DNA from: Polyangiales bacterium
GTDB lineage: Bacteria > Myxococcota_A > Polyangia > Polyangiales > Polyangiaceae
Length of the DNA stretch: 64,000 nucleotides
Assembly (NCBI GenBank): GCA_038231275.1
Contig: JBBRLQ010000027.1
Location: 32,001-96,000, forward strand
Reading direction: 5' to 3'
Under the pieces are notes generated by a model. That model was not told the DNA's origin. It searched no databases and worked only from the letters and a program-made list of their open reading frames with translations. Below, in pieces: positions 38,720 to 48,818 of the stretch. How positions within the stretch are numbered: the first letter of the stretch is position 1; the number at the start of each line of letters is the position of its first letter. The translations under genes and the position numbers were made by a program.

Positions 38720-41709
38720 TCAGTTCGTCCAGTCGAACTCGACGACCGTGGTGGTCGTGTTCGGAACCACCATCTGGCGATTGCCCTGGCCGTTCAGCTC
38801 GAAGCGAACCGACTCGTTCTTGCCGACGACGCCCTTCCACTCGATGCGGGCGCCCTGCGGGAAGCTGGCGTGGCCGGTGTAGCGGAAGCGGCCTGCCGGG
38901 TCCGAGTCGGTCTGCGTGAGATCGAGCCCGGGGTCGGCGGCGCGCCAGTTGCTGAGCGGGTCCGGACCACCGAGCGATCCGATGCCCTGCGGCGGGGTCG
39001 TCTGGCCGAGCACGCGAAGCGCCTCGCTATTCGGATCGAACTGCGGCTCGTTGATGTCGGTGCGAATGGTGAACGTGATCTCACACTCGGGGACACGCGG
39101 GTTGTGCACTTGCCCAACCCACGCGTTGATGGCGTTGATGGCCGCGCCGTCCTGAATGAGCTTGAACTGCTGGAACGCCGACTGCGGCATCTGCGGCAGC
39201 GTGAGGCGCTGCGGATCGTTCGCGATCGGGAAGATCAGCTGGTGGAGGAGCACGTCCGCGCCGCTCGAGACCGACAGGTTCTGAACGAAGTCGTACTTGT
39301 CGAGATCGGTGTTGTTGTAGCGGTGGCAGCTGGAGCAATACGGCCCGATGAGCTTCGAGTAGAGGTCCACCTTGGACTGCTTGTACTGCGCGGAGACGCC
39401 GTCGGCGTTGTCGGTGAAGCTCTTGGGGATGTGGCGCGGATCGTCGTTCGAAATCGCGGGAGCCGCGCCGGTGGGGTACATCGAGCCGATGTAGTCGACG
39501 ATGGCCTGGGTCGTCGGGACGCCGTTGGCGAGGGGCTGCGTCGCGGTGCCGCGCACCTTCTGGTTCGTCGCGCGAATGATCTGGTTCAAGGCGAACCACT
39601 GCTGCTCGGCGTCGTCCTGCGTGACGGTCGGATGGCGCTTGAGCGCGGAGGGCTCGAACTCGCGGAAGATGGAGCCGACGTCGGCGCTGCCGGCGTAGGT
39701 GCCGCCGTGGCACGGCGTGCAGAGCGCGGGAGCGACCTTCGCGCCTTCCCCGTCGAGCACGGCGAAAGGCTGGATCGTGTGAGGCGCCTTGCCTCCGAAC
39801 ACGTAGAACCGCACCTGCCCGGTGGGGCTCAGGTTCATCGTCACGGTGCCGAGGTTGGTCTTCTCGTCGCCGAGCTGGTTCGGATCGGGCACCAGCGCGT
39901 TGCCCCTGCGCGGGTCGGAGTTCGGATCGTCCGTAGGCGGCCAGTTGGTGACGGCGCAGCCGCCGACGCCCGGCGAGATGTCCTTCGTGCACGACATCTG
40001 CCGCCAGAAGCCGAGATCCAGATCGTTCTTGTAGAGCGCGGTGATCTTGTCACCGGCCATGAACTGCGCCTTCCACTGGGCGAGCGTGAAGTCCGGCTCC
40101 TTGAACGCACCGAAGTCTTTCACGTCCTTGGGGACCTGCGCGGAGTTGATGCGGAACGCGCCGAGCTGCGGGACGTCGGGATTCGCGAGGACGAGGTACT
40201 CGAGCCCTTCCTGGAAGCCGAGGATGCCCTGCTTCGAGAGGAAGACGTACGAACGCGCGTTCGGATCCGGCAGGCGCGGGCACGAGCCGGGGACGACGCG
40301 GTAGATGCCGCCGTGGAAGCCGAGCGCGAGGATCTCGCCGGCCGAGTCGGTCTGAAAGCTCGTGATCATCTCGCCGTTGCCGATGCGCAACGGCGTGAGA
40401 GGGCCACCCGCGGCGCGGAGGTTCGCGGGCATCTTGGCGTTGTCGACCGTCGCGTAGACCTGCCCGTTCTGGAAGTCGGCGTAGACGAAGTGGCCGACGA
40501 GCGACGACATGCCCGACGCGCGGCCGCGGTATACGAAGCCGCCGGTGACCGACGAGGCGACGTAGCCGCTGGTGTTCTTGGTGAGCGGATCGTTCGGATC
40601 GGCGCGTGCGGGACCTCGATCATCGGATCGGTCAGCGGCTTGTCGGTGGCGCAGCGGTCCTTGCTCGCGTCGCACACGCCGAGCGGCGCGCCGAGGCAGT
40701 TGCCGAACTCTTTGCAGAACTGCTGGCGGTGGAGCGCCTCTTTGACGTTCCAGCCGTAGTTGTGGGCTTTTCGGACGATGTTGATCTCTTCGAACGCGTC
40801 CTGCCCGACCTCGGCCTCCCAGATGTCGACCTGGCCGTCGTGCTGATCGAAGTTCCAGCGCCAGGGGTTGCGGTGACCCCAGGAGTAGATCGTCGGTAGG
40901 CCACGCGGCGTCGTCGTGTTGCCGGTGACGACCGGCGGGAACTCGCCGCGGGGGCCGAACGGGTTGTCCTCGGGCGCGCCGAACTCGACGCCCTTCTGCG
41001 CGCGGGTCGCGGCGTCGAGGACGTCGATGCGGAGGAACTTGCCGAAGATGGTGTTCGTGTTCTGCGCGTTGCCGAGCGGGCCCTTCGCCTGCTCCGAGTC
41101 GCCGATGCTGATGTAGAGGAGCGGCACGCCCGTCACGCCGACCTCGGTCGGGTGGAAGTTCATCTGCCCGCCGTTGTGCTCGCTCGCCGGCTTGTTCGCG
41201 GAGAAGAGGATCTTCTCGGAGGCCCGGTCGAGCGTCTTGCCGCCATCCTTGCTCGAGAAGCGCGACATGCGCCACTGGTAGCCTGTGCCGTCGACGAACC
41301 CGTCGTACGTCACGAACACTTCGGGGACGCTCGGCCAGCTCGGGTGGATCGCGAGCCCGTTGATGCCGGGCTCGCGGTCGCCGCTGTTCACGCGATCGCG
41401 GATGTCGAGGAGGACGTCGGCGCTCTGCACGTCGTCGCGGTTGGGGAAGCTCTTGATGGTGCCGCCCTTCTCGGCGACGAACCACGTCGAGTCGTCGGGC
41501 GTGCGCACCAGCGTCGTCGGGATGACGAACTGGAGGTTCGCGAACGCGGGAGCGAGCCGGACGCCGCCGACCGGAGAGTTGCACGTCGTGTCCGCCGACT
41601 CCGAGGAGCCGTCCGGACCGCCGGAGCTCGAGCACGCGAAGCCGGACGCGGAGGCCGCGGCGACGCTCAGGGCGAGGACGGCGACGTGAAGCAAATGGCG
41701 GGGGTTCAT
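38720..41709 (-). pseudogene. Frameshifted (or mis-sequenced) lipoprotein: PQQ glucose/sorbosone dehydrogenase propeller + dihaem cytochrome c + CBM20-like domain, ~996 aa if repaired
   Basis: ORF 40366-41709 has lipobox GFAC and GSDH motifs (HNGG, GKFLRID, GHRNPWR, EEIN, NYGW) up to MIEVPH; the propeller continues (SVTGGFVYRG, YADF) in the frame of ORF 38720-41941; switch at ~40601-40606. Confidence 0.8.
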
Positions 41710-41784
41710 GGGAGCTCGCTGGGGTCACGAAGCGGTGGCGACGCAGAAGAAGAGGGCGACCGACCGGCGCCGATGTAGGTCTTT

Positions 41785-41800
41785 TGCACACTCCGAGCCA
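41785..41800 (-). promoter_or_regulatory. Sigma54 (-24/-12) promoter of the dehydrogenase fusion gene
   Basis: Minus strand TGGCTCGGAGTGTGCA, GG-N10-GC, ~75 bp upstream of ATG 41709. Confidence 0.55.
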
Positions 41801-41826
41801 CGGCGAATGTGCAACGCGACGCGTAA

Positions 41827-41839
41827 TTTCAATCAGTTG
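41827..41839 (+). promoter_or_regulatory. IHF-like binding site
   Basis: TTTCAATCAGTTG vs consensus WATCAANNNNTTR (one mismatch), in an AT-rich patch just upstream of the sigma54 site. Confidence 0.45.
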
Positions 41840-42025
41840 ACGCGGTAATTTTCTAAGTAAGGTGGTCTGAGGTATGACCAGGTGGTTTTTATGACACCTG
41901 GATGTACGCCGCGCCGCGTCAGGGGAGGGCGGCCGATCCACCCGCCTGACACCTCATGCCCGCGCACGTCGCAACCTGGGCCGTCGCCTTCCTTCGAGCC
42001 CGTCCGTGTGGGAAGCTCCGCGCAC

Positions 42026-43168
42026 GTGCAGCGCGTCCAACAGATCCGCGTTCCATTCGACTATCCGGTGGTCTTCACGCGGGGCGCGCTCGACGAGGGC
42101 AACACGGCGCTCGCGGACGTCATCGCGCGTCGTGAGCCGGAGCGACGCCACCGCGCGCTCTTCGTGATCGACGACGGGCTCCTCGCGGCGACGCCCGGCC
42201 TCGGCGACGCGGTCGCTCGTTACGCGCGCGCGCACGATGCGCGTCTGACGCTGAGCGGCGAGCCGCTCGTGGCGCCCGGCGGAGAGCGCGCGAAGAACGA
42301 GCACGAGCACACTGACACGGTCCTGGCGCGCATCGAGAAGGACAAGCTCGATCGCCACGCGTTCGTCGTCGCGATCGGCGGCGGCGCGATGCTCGACATG
42401 GTCGGGTACGCGGCGGCGATCGCCCACCGAGGGATCCGCGTCGTTCGGGTGCCGTCGACGGTGCTCGCGCAAGCAGACAGCGGCGTCGGCGTGAAGTGCG
42501 GCGTGAACCGGTTCGGCAAGAAAAACTTTCTCGGGGCCTTCGCGCCGCCCTTCGCGGTCGTGTGCGACGCCGCGATGCTCGAGACGTTGCACGTGCGCGA
42601 TCGTCGCGCGGGCATGGCCGAGGCCGTGAAGGTCGCGCTCGTGAAGGACGCCGGGATGTTCGAGTGGATCGGCGCCAACGCGGGGCGCCTGGCCGCGGGA
42701 GACCGCGCCCTCGTCGGCGAGCTCGTGAAGAAGAGCGCGGACAAGCACCTGGACCACATCGCGACCGGCGGCGATCCCTTCGAGATGGGCAGCGCACGGC
42801 CGCTCGATTTCGGCCACTGGGCTGCTCACAAGCTCGAGTCGCTCACCGCGAACGCGCTGAAGCACGGCGAGGCGGTGGCGATCGGGCTCGCGCTCGACGC
42901 GATCGTCAGCCAAAAGATGCGGCTGTGCGACGGCAGCGTCCCCGATCGCACGATCGCGACGTTGCGCGCGCTGGGCTTTCGCTTGTGGGACGACGCGCTG
43001 GCGCGCCCGGAGCGCGTGCTCGCCGGCCTCGAAGAGTTCCGCGAGCACCTCGGCGGAGAGCTGACGGTCACGATGCTCACGGAAGCCGGAGTCGGGCGCG
43101 AAGTACACCACGTCGACGAGGGCCACGTTCGCGACGCGATCGCGCGCCTGCACGAGGAGGATCGATGA
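42026..43168 (+). CDS. eboD: 3-dehydroquinate synthase-like sugar-phosphate cyclase of the ebo cluster
   Basis: GGE.AKN, GGGAMLD, DSGVGVK, EAVKVAL, GSARPLDFGHWAAHKLE, LEEFREHLGG; translationally coupled to eboE; GTG start inferred. Confidence 0.85.
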   Translation: MQRVQQIRVPFDYPVVFTRGALDEGNTALADVIARREPERRHRALFVIDDGLLAATPGLGDAVARYARAHDARLTLSGEPLVAPGGERAKNEHEHTDTVLARIEKDKLDRHAFVVAIGGGAMLDMVGYAAAIAHRGIRVVRVPSTVLAQADSGVGVKCGVNRFGKKNFLGAFAPPFAVVCDAAMLETLHVRDRRAGMAEAVKVALVKDAGMFEWIGANAGRLAAGDRALVGELVKKSADKHLDHIATGGDPFEMGSARPLDFGHWAAHKLESLTANALKHGEAVAIGLALDAIVSQKMRLCDGSVPDRTIATLRALGFRLWDDALARPERVLAGLEEFREHLGGELTVTMLTEAGVGREVHHVDEGHVRDAIARLHEEDR

Positions 43169-44319
43169 AGCTCGCCGCGCTCCCCGGAGCACCACACCTG
43201 ACGTACTGCACGAACATCCACCCTGGCGAGTCGTGGGCCGACGTGCACGAGGTGGTGCGGACGAAGGTGTGCGAGGTCAAGGCGAGGGTCTCTCCCGATG
43301 CACCGTTCGGCATCGGGTTGCGCCTCTCGGCGCGCGCCGCGGCGACCTTGGAAGAGCCGGCGGAGCTCGCGCGGTTCCGCGAGACACTGGACGGGGCGGG
43401 CCTCTACGTCTTCACGATCAACGGGTTCCCCTACGGCGATTTCCACGGGACGCGCGTGAAGGAGACCGTGTACCGACCGGACTGGACCGAGTCGTTACGT
43501 GTAGATTACACGCTCCGACTGGCACGCCTCCTCGCGGCGCTCCTCCCGGCGGACGTGCGGACGGGCAGCGTGAGCACCGTGCCGCTCGGCTTTCGTGCGG
43601 CCGGCGCGGCGGGCGTTCGGGGCGCGGCGATGGCGGACGCGCTGCGGCGGGTCGCGCGGGAGCTGCGCGACCTCGCGCGCCAGACGGGGCGACACGTGAC
43701 CCTCGCGCTAGAGCCCGAGCCGGCGTGCGCCCTCGAGACGACTACGGACGTCGTGCGCTTCTTCGAGGACGTGCTCTTCGCGCGCGCCGCGGCCGACGAA
43801 GGGATCGTGCGCGCGCACGTGGGGGTTTGCCTCGACGCGTGTCACGCCGCCGTCGGGCTCGAGGACCCCAAGGATGCCGTCACGCGGCTCTCTCGCGCGG
43901 GCATCACGATCGCGAAGATTCAGCTCACCAACGCGATCGAGGCGCGCGGACCGGAGGCGCTGGCGGCGCTCGCCCGCTTCGCCGAGGACACGTACCTGCA
44001 CCAGTGCGTCGTTCGCGGCCAAGACGGCAAGGTGACGCGCTACCTGGACCTGCCGGAGGCCTTGAAGCACGATCACGGAGCGGACGCCGTGCTCCGCACC
44101 CACTTCCATGTACCCATTTTCCTCGAGCGCCTCGGTGCGCTGAGCGGCACGCAGGGATTCTTGCGCGCGCTTCTCGCGCTCGTGAAGACGCGCGCGCTGA
44201 GCGAGCACCTCGAGGTCGAGACGTACACGTGGGACGTCCTGCCGGCGGAGTATCGACAGCCGAGCATGGTCGACGACATCGCCCGAGAGCTCACGTGGGT
44301 GCGCGAGGCGCTGGCGTGA
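43165..44319 (+). CDS. eboE: Metabolite traffic protein EboE (xylose isomerase-like TIM barrel)
   Basis: LTYCTNIHPGESW, GLRLS, TINGFPYGDFH..VKE.VY.PDW, LEPEP, RTHFHVP, HLEVETYTW. Confidence 0.92.
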   Translation: MKLAALPGAPHLTYCTNIHPGESWADVHEVVRTKVCEVKARVSPDAPFGIGLRLSARAAATLEEPAELARFRETLDGAGLYVFTINGFPYGDFHGTRVKETVYRPDWTESLRVDYTLRLARLLAALLPADVRTGSVSTVPLGFRAAGAAGVRGAAMADALRRVARELRDLARQTGRHVTLALEPEPACALETTTDVVRFFEDVLFARAAADEGIVRAHVGVCLDACHAAVGLEDPKDAVTRLSRAGITIAKIQLTNAIEARGPEALAALARFAEDTYLHQCVVRGQDGKVTRYLDLPEALKHDHGADAVLRTHFHVPIFLERLGALSGTQGFLRALLALVKTRALSEHLEVETYTWDVLPAEYRQPSMVDDIARELTWVREALA

Positions 44320-45176
44320 CCGCGCCGAGCAAGCTGACCGTCTATCTGCGCCTTGGACGCGTGTCGAACCTGCCGACGGTGTGGACCAACACACTCGCCG
44401 GCGCACTGCTCGGCGGCGGCGGGGGCGTCCTCCTGGGCATCCCGAAGCTCGTCGGCCTCGCCGCGACGATGTCGCTCTTCTACGTCGCGGGGATGTTCCT
44501 GAACGACGCGTTCGATCGCGAGATCGACGCGAAGGAGCGCCCCGCGCGGCCGATCCCGTCAGGTCATGTCCGCGCGAGCGAGGTGTTCTCGGTCGGGTTC
44601 GGCGCGCTCGGAGGCGGCGTGGGCCTCCTCTATTGGCAAGCGGGGCTCGTGGCGGCGCTCTTCGGCGTGCTCCTCGCTGGCAACATCGTGCTCTACGACG
44701 CGTGGCACAAGAACAACGCCCTGAGCCCCGTGCTCATGGGAGGGTGCCGTGTCCTCGTGTACTTCACCGCTGCGGTGGCGGTCGGCTCGCTCAACCTCGC
44801 GGTGATCGCCGGCGCGGGTGTCCTCTTCGCGTACCTCATCGGCCTCACGTATGTCGCGAAGATCGAGGGGAAGAGCGGCGCGGCGCTTTGGCCGCTCGGA
44901 TTTCTGGCGATCCCGTTCGTGAAGGCGGGTCTCTCGGCGTGGCGCGACGTCGTGTCATCCGTCTTGTTCGTCGCGCTGCTCGCCCTCGTCGTGCACGCGG
45001 TGCGGCTCGTGCGCGAGAAGAAGGCGATCGGCAAGGCGATCGTGGCGCTCCTCGCCGGGATCTCGATCCTCGACGCGCTGACGATCGCCGGCGCCGGTCA
45101 CGCAACGGCTGCGGTGGCGTCGACGTTCGGGTTCTTCGCGACGCGCGGGCTACAGCGCTGGGTGGCGGGAACGTGA
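44316..45176 (+). CDS. eboC: UbiA-family prenyltransferase of the ebo cluster
   Basis: LGRVSNLPTVW, GMFLNDAFD.EIDA.ERP.RPIPSG, LYDAWHK, MGGCR; multi-TM; GTGA overlap. Confidence 0.88.
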   Translation: MTAPSKLTVYLRLGRVSNLPTVWTNTLAGALLGGGGGVLLGIPKLVGLAATMSLFYVAGMFLNDAFDREIDAKERPARPIPSGHVRASEVFSVGFGALGGGVGLLYWQAGLVAALFGVLLAGNIVLYDAWHKNNALSPVLMGGCRVLVYFTAAVAVGSLNLAVIAGAGVLFAYLIGLTYVAKIEGKSGAALWPLGFLAIPFVKAGLSAWRDVVSSVLFVALLALVVHAVRLVREKKAIGKAIVALLAGISILDALTIAGAGHATAAVASTFGFFATRGLQRWVAGT

Positions 45177-45740
45177 GCCGGCCGCGCGCAGGTGCCGCGT
45201 GAGGACGACGAGCGCGGCCACGTTGAGCGCGCCGGCCGCGACGAGCACCTTCATGAGCGGCCCGCCGAGGAGCGCGTCCTTCGCGCCCCACGTGATGTCG
45301 AACGATCGACCCGGCGCCCAAAACCCCGCGTAGGTCGTCACCGTAAAGGCGCGACGCCAGAGCACGCCGAAGATCATCGCGAGGAGCAGCGTCCACCCGA
45401 CGGCAAAGACCGCGGTGAGCGTCCGCCCGCGCCCAGCGGAGATCGCGCGCGCGCCGAGCAGGTATCCCGCGACGTAGAGAGCGACAAGGGCGACCGTCTG
45501 CGCCGCGCCCATGGCAAGGAGCCCCGCCGGCGTCGGCTCAAAGTCGACGACGTACATCGTCTGCCACGCCGGACCCAGCGCCAGCGCGGCCATCGCGCTC
45601 GGGACGTAGAGCGCGCCGGTGACGAGCATCCCCTCGCGAAACGACGGCTCCACGAAGCGCACGGCGGCGCGCGTGTCCGATCGCAACGCCGCGCAGAACG
45701 CGCCGAGCGTGAGCTCGTAGGCGAGATCGAACGAGATCAC
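45150..45740 (-). CDS. Membrane protein, hypothetical
   Basis: About five hydrophobic segments; divergent from the GMC operon. Confidence 0.6.
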   Translation of the reverse strand: MISFDLAYELTLGAFCAALRSDTRAAVRFVEPSFREGMLVTGALYVPSAMAALALGPAWQTMYVVDFEPTPAGLLAMGAAQTVALVALYVAGYLLGARAISAGRGRTLTAVFAVGWTLLLAMIFGVLWRRAFTVTTYAGFWAPGRSFDITWGAKDALLGGPLMKVLVAAGALNVAALVVLTRHLRAAGSRSRHPAL

Positions 45741-45829
45741 GGGGTCGCCTCGGCGCGCATTCGGGCCCTTCTTACACCGAATTCAGCGCCCGGGTCACAG
45801 GTGACTTGTACTACCGTACCGGCCTTCGG

Positions 45830-47479
45830 ATGAGCGGCAGCAAGAGGAGGCGCGTGGCGGTGATCGGGTCCGGCTTCGGCGGCGCGATCATGGCCTGCCG
45901 CCTGGCCGAATCGGGCCTCTTCGACGTCCAGGTCCTCGAGCGCGGCGCCCGCTACGGACGCGGCGAATTTCCGCGGCTCCCCGACGCGCTCCCCAAGGCG
46001 TTCTGGTCGCCGGAGACCGGCGCGTTCGGACCGCTGGAGTACCGCTCGTTCGTGCGCTCGCGCGTCGATGTCCTGACCGCGGCCGGCGTCGGCGGAGGCT
46101 CCCTCATTTACTCGAACGTCCTCTACCGGATGCCCGACGCGTTCTTCGACGCGTGGCCCGGCGGCATTCGTCGTGCGAGGCTCGAACCGTTCTACGATCG
46201 CGCGATCGCGATGCTCGAGGCGACGCCGTATCCGGTCGCGCGCGACGACTGGCCGTATTGGCACGGCACCCCGAAGGCGCGAGCGCTGGCGGAGGCCGCT
46301 GCGAAGATCGCCGCGAGCGCGGACGGTCACCCGCACGTCGCGCTGACGTGGCCGCCCCTCGCGATCCAATTCGGACCCGAGCCCGGAAGAGAGCTGACGA
46401 ACGCGCAAGGCGTCGCGCAGACGACCTGCGTGATGTGCGGCGAATGCAACATCGGCTGCAACACCGGCGCGAAGAACACGCTGGACTTGAACTACCTCGC
46501 GCGCGCGGAGAAGTACGGCGCGAGGGTGAGGCCGAATGCCCACGTGCGCAGCGTGGCGCGACGCGCAAAGGAGACCGCTGGCTTCGACCTCCACGTCGCC
46601 GATCCAAGACGAGGCCCAGCCGACGCCGGATCGACCGAGTCGTTCGATCTGGTGGTCCTCGCCGCCGGTTCGCTCGGATCGACCGAGCTCGTGCTCGGCA
46701 TGCGCGGCGACGTCGAGGTACCTGCGGCGGCCGGGACGCGGTGGTCTCCGAACGGCGACATCCTCGGCTTCGTGCTCGGCACCGACTGGCCGCTGGAGCC
46801 CTCGTCGGGCCCCGTCATCACCGGCGCGCTGCACGTCGAGTCCGCGCGCTACCCCGACGGCTTCCCCGCGGGCGCGTGGATCGAGGACGGCGGCGTACCG
46901 AAATTCCTCGCGTGGTCTGCTCGCAGCCGAGCCACGCGCGTAGGCGGCGTCGTCGGCGCCGTGCGCGGCCTCGTCGACTACCTCGCGCGCATGGCGACCA
47001 CGAAGGGCTCCGCGAACGTCGGCGGCGACGTCGGCGCCGTCCTTTTCGGGACCGGTGGCTTCTCCGACGACACGCTGCTCATGCTCGGAATGGGCCGCGA
47101 TCGCGCGCGCGGGACGTTGTCGCTCGAGGGCCCCGATCGCAGGGTCGACCTGAACTGGAGCCCCGGTGAAGGCGAGCTCCACTACCAGCGCGCGCGCAGG
47201 GTCATGGACCGCGTCGCCGAGGCGCTCGGCGGCACGTTCGTCGAGAACCCCCTCGACGATATCCTCTCGCGCTACGTCTCGGTCCACCCGGTGGGCGGCT
47301 TGCCGATGGGCGACGACGCGAGCACGGGCGCCGTCGACGCGCGGACCGCCGAGCTCTTCGGCTGCAAAGATCTCTTCGTGGTCGATGGCAGCATTCTCCC
47401 GGAGGCCGTCGGCCCCAACCCTTCCCTCACGATCGCGGCGCTCGCCGAGATGTACGCCGAGCGGTTGTGCCATGCGTGA
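45830..47479 (+). CDS. GMC family oxidoreductase (cholesterol oxidase-like)
   Basis: IGSGFGG, VLERG, GVGGGSLIYSNV, CVMCGECNIGC..GAKNTLDLNYL, HPVGG, VVDGS..P..VGPNPSLTI. Confidence 0.9.
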   Translation: MSGSKRRRVAVIGSGFGGAIMACRLAESGLFDVQVLERGARYGRGEFPRLPDALPKAFWSPETGAFGPLEYRSFVRSRVDVLTAAGVGGGSLIYSNVLYRMPDAFFDAWPGGIRRARLEPFYDRAIAMLEATPYPVARDDWPYWHGTPKARALAEAAAKIAASADGHPHVALTWPPLAIQFGPEPGRELTNAQGVAQTTCVMCGECNIGCNTGAKNTLDLNYLARAEKYGARVRPNAHVRSVARRAKETAGFDLHVADPRRGPADAGSTESFDLVVLAAGSLGSTELVLGMRGDVEVPAAAGTRWSPNGDILGFVLGTDWPLEPSSGPVITGALHVESARYPDGFPAGAWIEDGGVPKFLAWSARSRATRVGGVVGAVRGLVDYLARMATTKGSANVGGDVGAVLFGTGGFSDDTLLMLGMGRDRARGTLSLEGPDRRVDLNWSPGEGELHYQRARRVMDRVAEALGGTFVENPLDDILSRYVSVHPVGGLPMGDDASTGAVDARTAELFGCKDLFVVDGSILPEAVGPNPSLTIAALAEMYAERLCHA

Positions 47480-48419
47480 TCGCGTCTACGTCTCGCACCG
47501 GCTCCTCCGCATCGCATGCGTCGCCGTCGCCGGCGCGGGGTGTGCGGGCAACCTCGTCACCGCGGTCGGGTACCCTTTGACGTTTCCGATTCTGGGCATC
47601 GCGGCGCCGAAGGATCCGCACCTCTTCGTCGTCACGTCGCTCTTCGCGTTCACGCTGGGTCTCGTGGCGCTCGTCGCGCTGCTTCGACGGCGGGCGGCGT
47701 CGCTCCTCGCCCTGGCGATCTTGGGGAACGTCCTCTTCGCCGCGCCGACGTTCGTGCTCTGCGCGGTCGGCAGGGCAGACCCGTTCTACTACTCGCCGGT
47801 GGCGTGGAGCGTCCTCGAGATTCACCTCTTCTTCCTCTTTTGGATCCAGGCGAAGGGGGAGGCGCTCTTCGCCCTCCAGCTCGACGTCTTCGAGGGCATC
47901 GACGTGCCGGCGCGAAGCGGCAGCACGCGGGCGCTCTTGCTCGGGGTGACAGTCGAAGGGAAATCGGCGCTCGATGGCGTCGGCGCAGGTCTGAAGCGAC
48001 GCGGCTACGACGTCGACGTCGTCGAGATCGGCGCGGAGCCTCTCGTGCTGCCCGAGCGACAGGACTGGGATCTCGTCGTCGTCGTGTCGCCGGACGATCG
48101 GCTGGCGGCGCCCGCGCGCGTCGAGGAGATCCTTCGCGCGGCGGCCTACCGCGAGGTCTTCCAGGGGCGCGACGCGGCGGTGATCGTGACGTCGCGCGGC
48201 GCGGCGCGGCGCACGATGGCGGCGATCGCGCTGCGGCTCGAGCGCGCCGGGGCCAACGTCGTCGCCGCGCGCGCGATCGCCGATGCGACCCTTCCGTCGG
48301 CGCGCACCGAGCTCGAGAGCCTCGGGGTCAGCCTGGCCGATCGTGCGCACACGCGGCCGCATTGGACGCTCCTCCTGCGCGGTCTCCGCAGTGCGCCTGC
48401 CGAGGATCGGCATGCCTGA
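47472..48419 (+). CDS. Membrane protein with C-terminal flavodoxin-like alpha/beta domain
   Basis: About four TM helices then WDLVVVVSP..FQGRDAAVIVTSRGA; start MRDRVY overlaps the GMC stop. Confidence 0.6.
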   Translation: MRDRVYVSHRLLRIACVAVAGAGCAGNLVTAVGYPLTFPILGIAAPKDPHLFVVTSLFAFTLGLVALVALLRRRAASLLALAILGNVLFAAPTFVLCAVGRADPFYYSPVAWSVLEIHLFFLFWIQAKGEALFALQLDVFEGIDVPARSGSTRALLLGVTVEGKSALDGVGAGLKRRGYDVDVVEIGAEPLVLPERQDWDLVVVVSPDDRLAAPARVEEILRAAAYREVFQGRDAAVIVTSRGAARRTMAAIALRLERAGANVVAARAIADATLPSARTELESLGVSLADRAHTRPHWTLLLRGLRSAPAEDRHA

Positions 48420-48813
48420 GCCTCGGCTCGTCGATCTCTTCGCGCTGTCCCCTACCCATTGGGCACAGTGCACCGCGCTCCTGGCCGCGTTCGCGTCCTC
48501 GTGCGCGCTCCTCCGTACCGCGCTGATGCTCGAGGCCGTTCTCTCGCGCGGCGTGCGGTTGGCGATACGTGTACTTTCCATCCTTCCGAGCCCGGTGGTC
48601 GCCGCCGTGCTCGTCCTCAGCGCGGCGCGCTACCCGACGCGCGCGTGGATGAACCTCGGGCTCGCGACGATCGTGCTCATGGCCTGGTACGCGGGCGCGC
48701 TCCTCCCTCGCCTCGTTCGCCCCGACGTCGACCGAGACGACACACGCTCGGTGCTCCTCGGCGCGTGCATCGCGCTCGCGACCGGCCTCGTCGCGGCGCT
48801 CGTCGTCGGCTGA
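48412..48813 (+). CDS. Small membrane protein, hypothetical
   Basis: Four hydrophobic segments; overlaps upstream stop; fills operon gap. Confidence 0.55.
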   Translation: MPEPRLVDLFALSPTHWAQCTALLAAFASSCALLRTALMLEAVLSRGVRLAIRVLSILPSPVVAAVLVLSAARYPTRAWMNLGLATIVLMAWYAGALLPRLVRPDVDRDDTRSVLLGACIALATGLVAALVVG

Positions 48814-48818
48814 ACGAG

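Noticed and set aside
42026..43168. Housekeeping aroB
   Set aside because: The GSARPLDFGHWAAHK and EEFREHLGG motifs and coupling to eboE/eboC indicate the EboD subfamily; no other shikimate genes nearby
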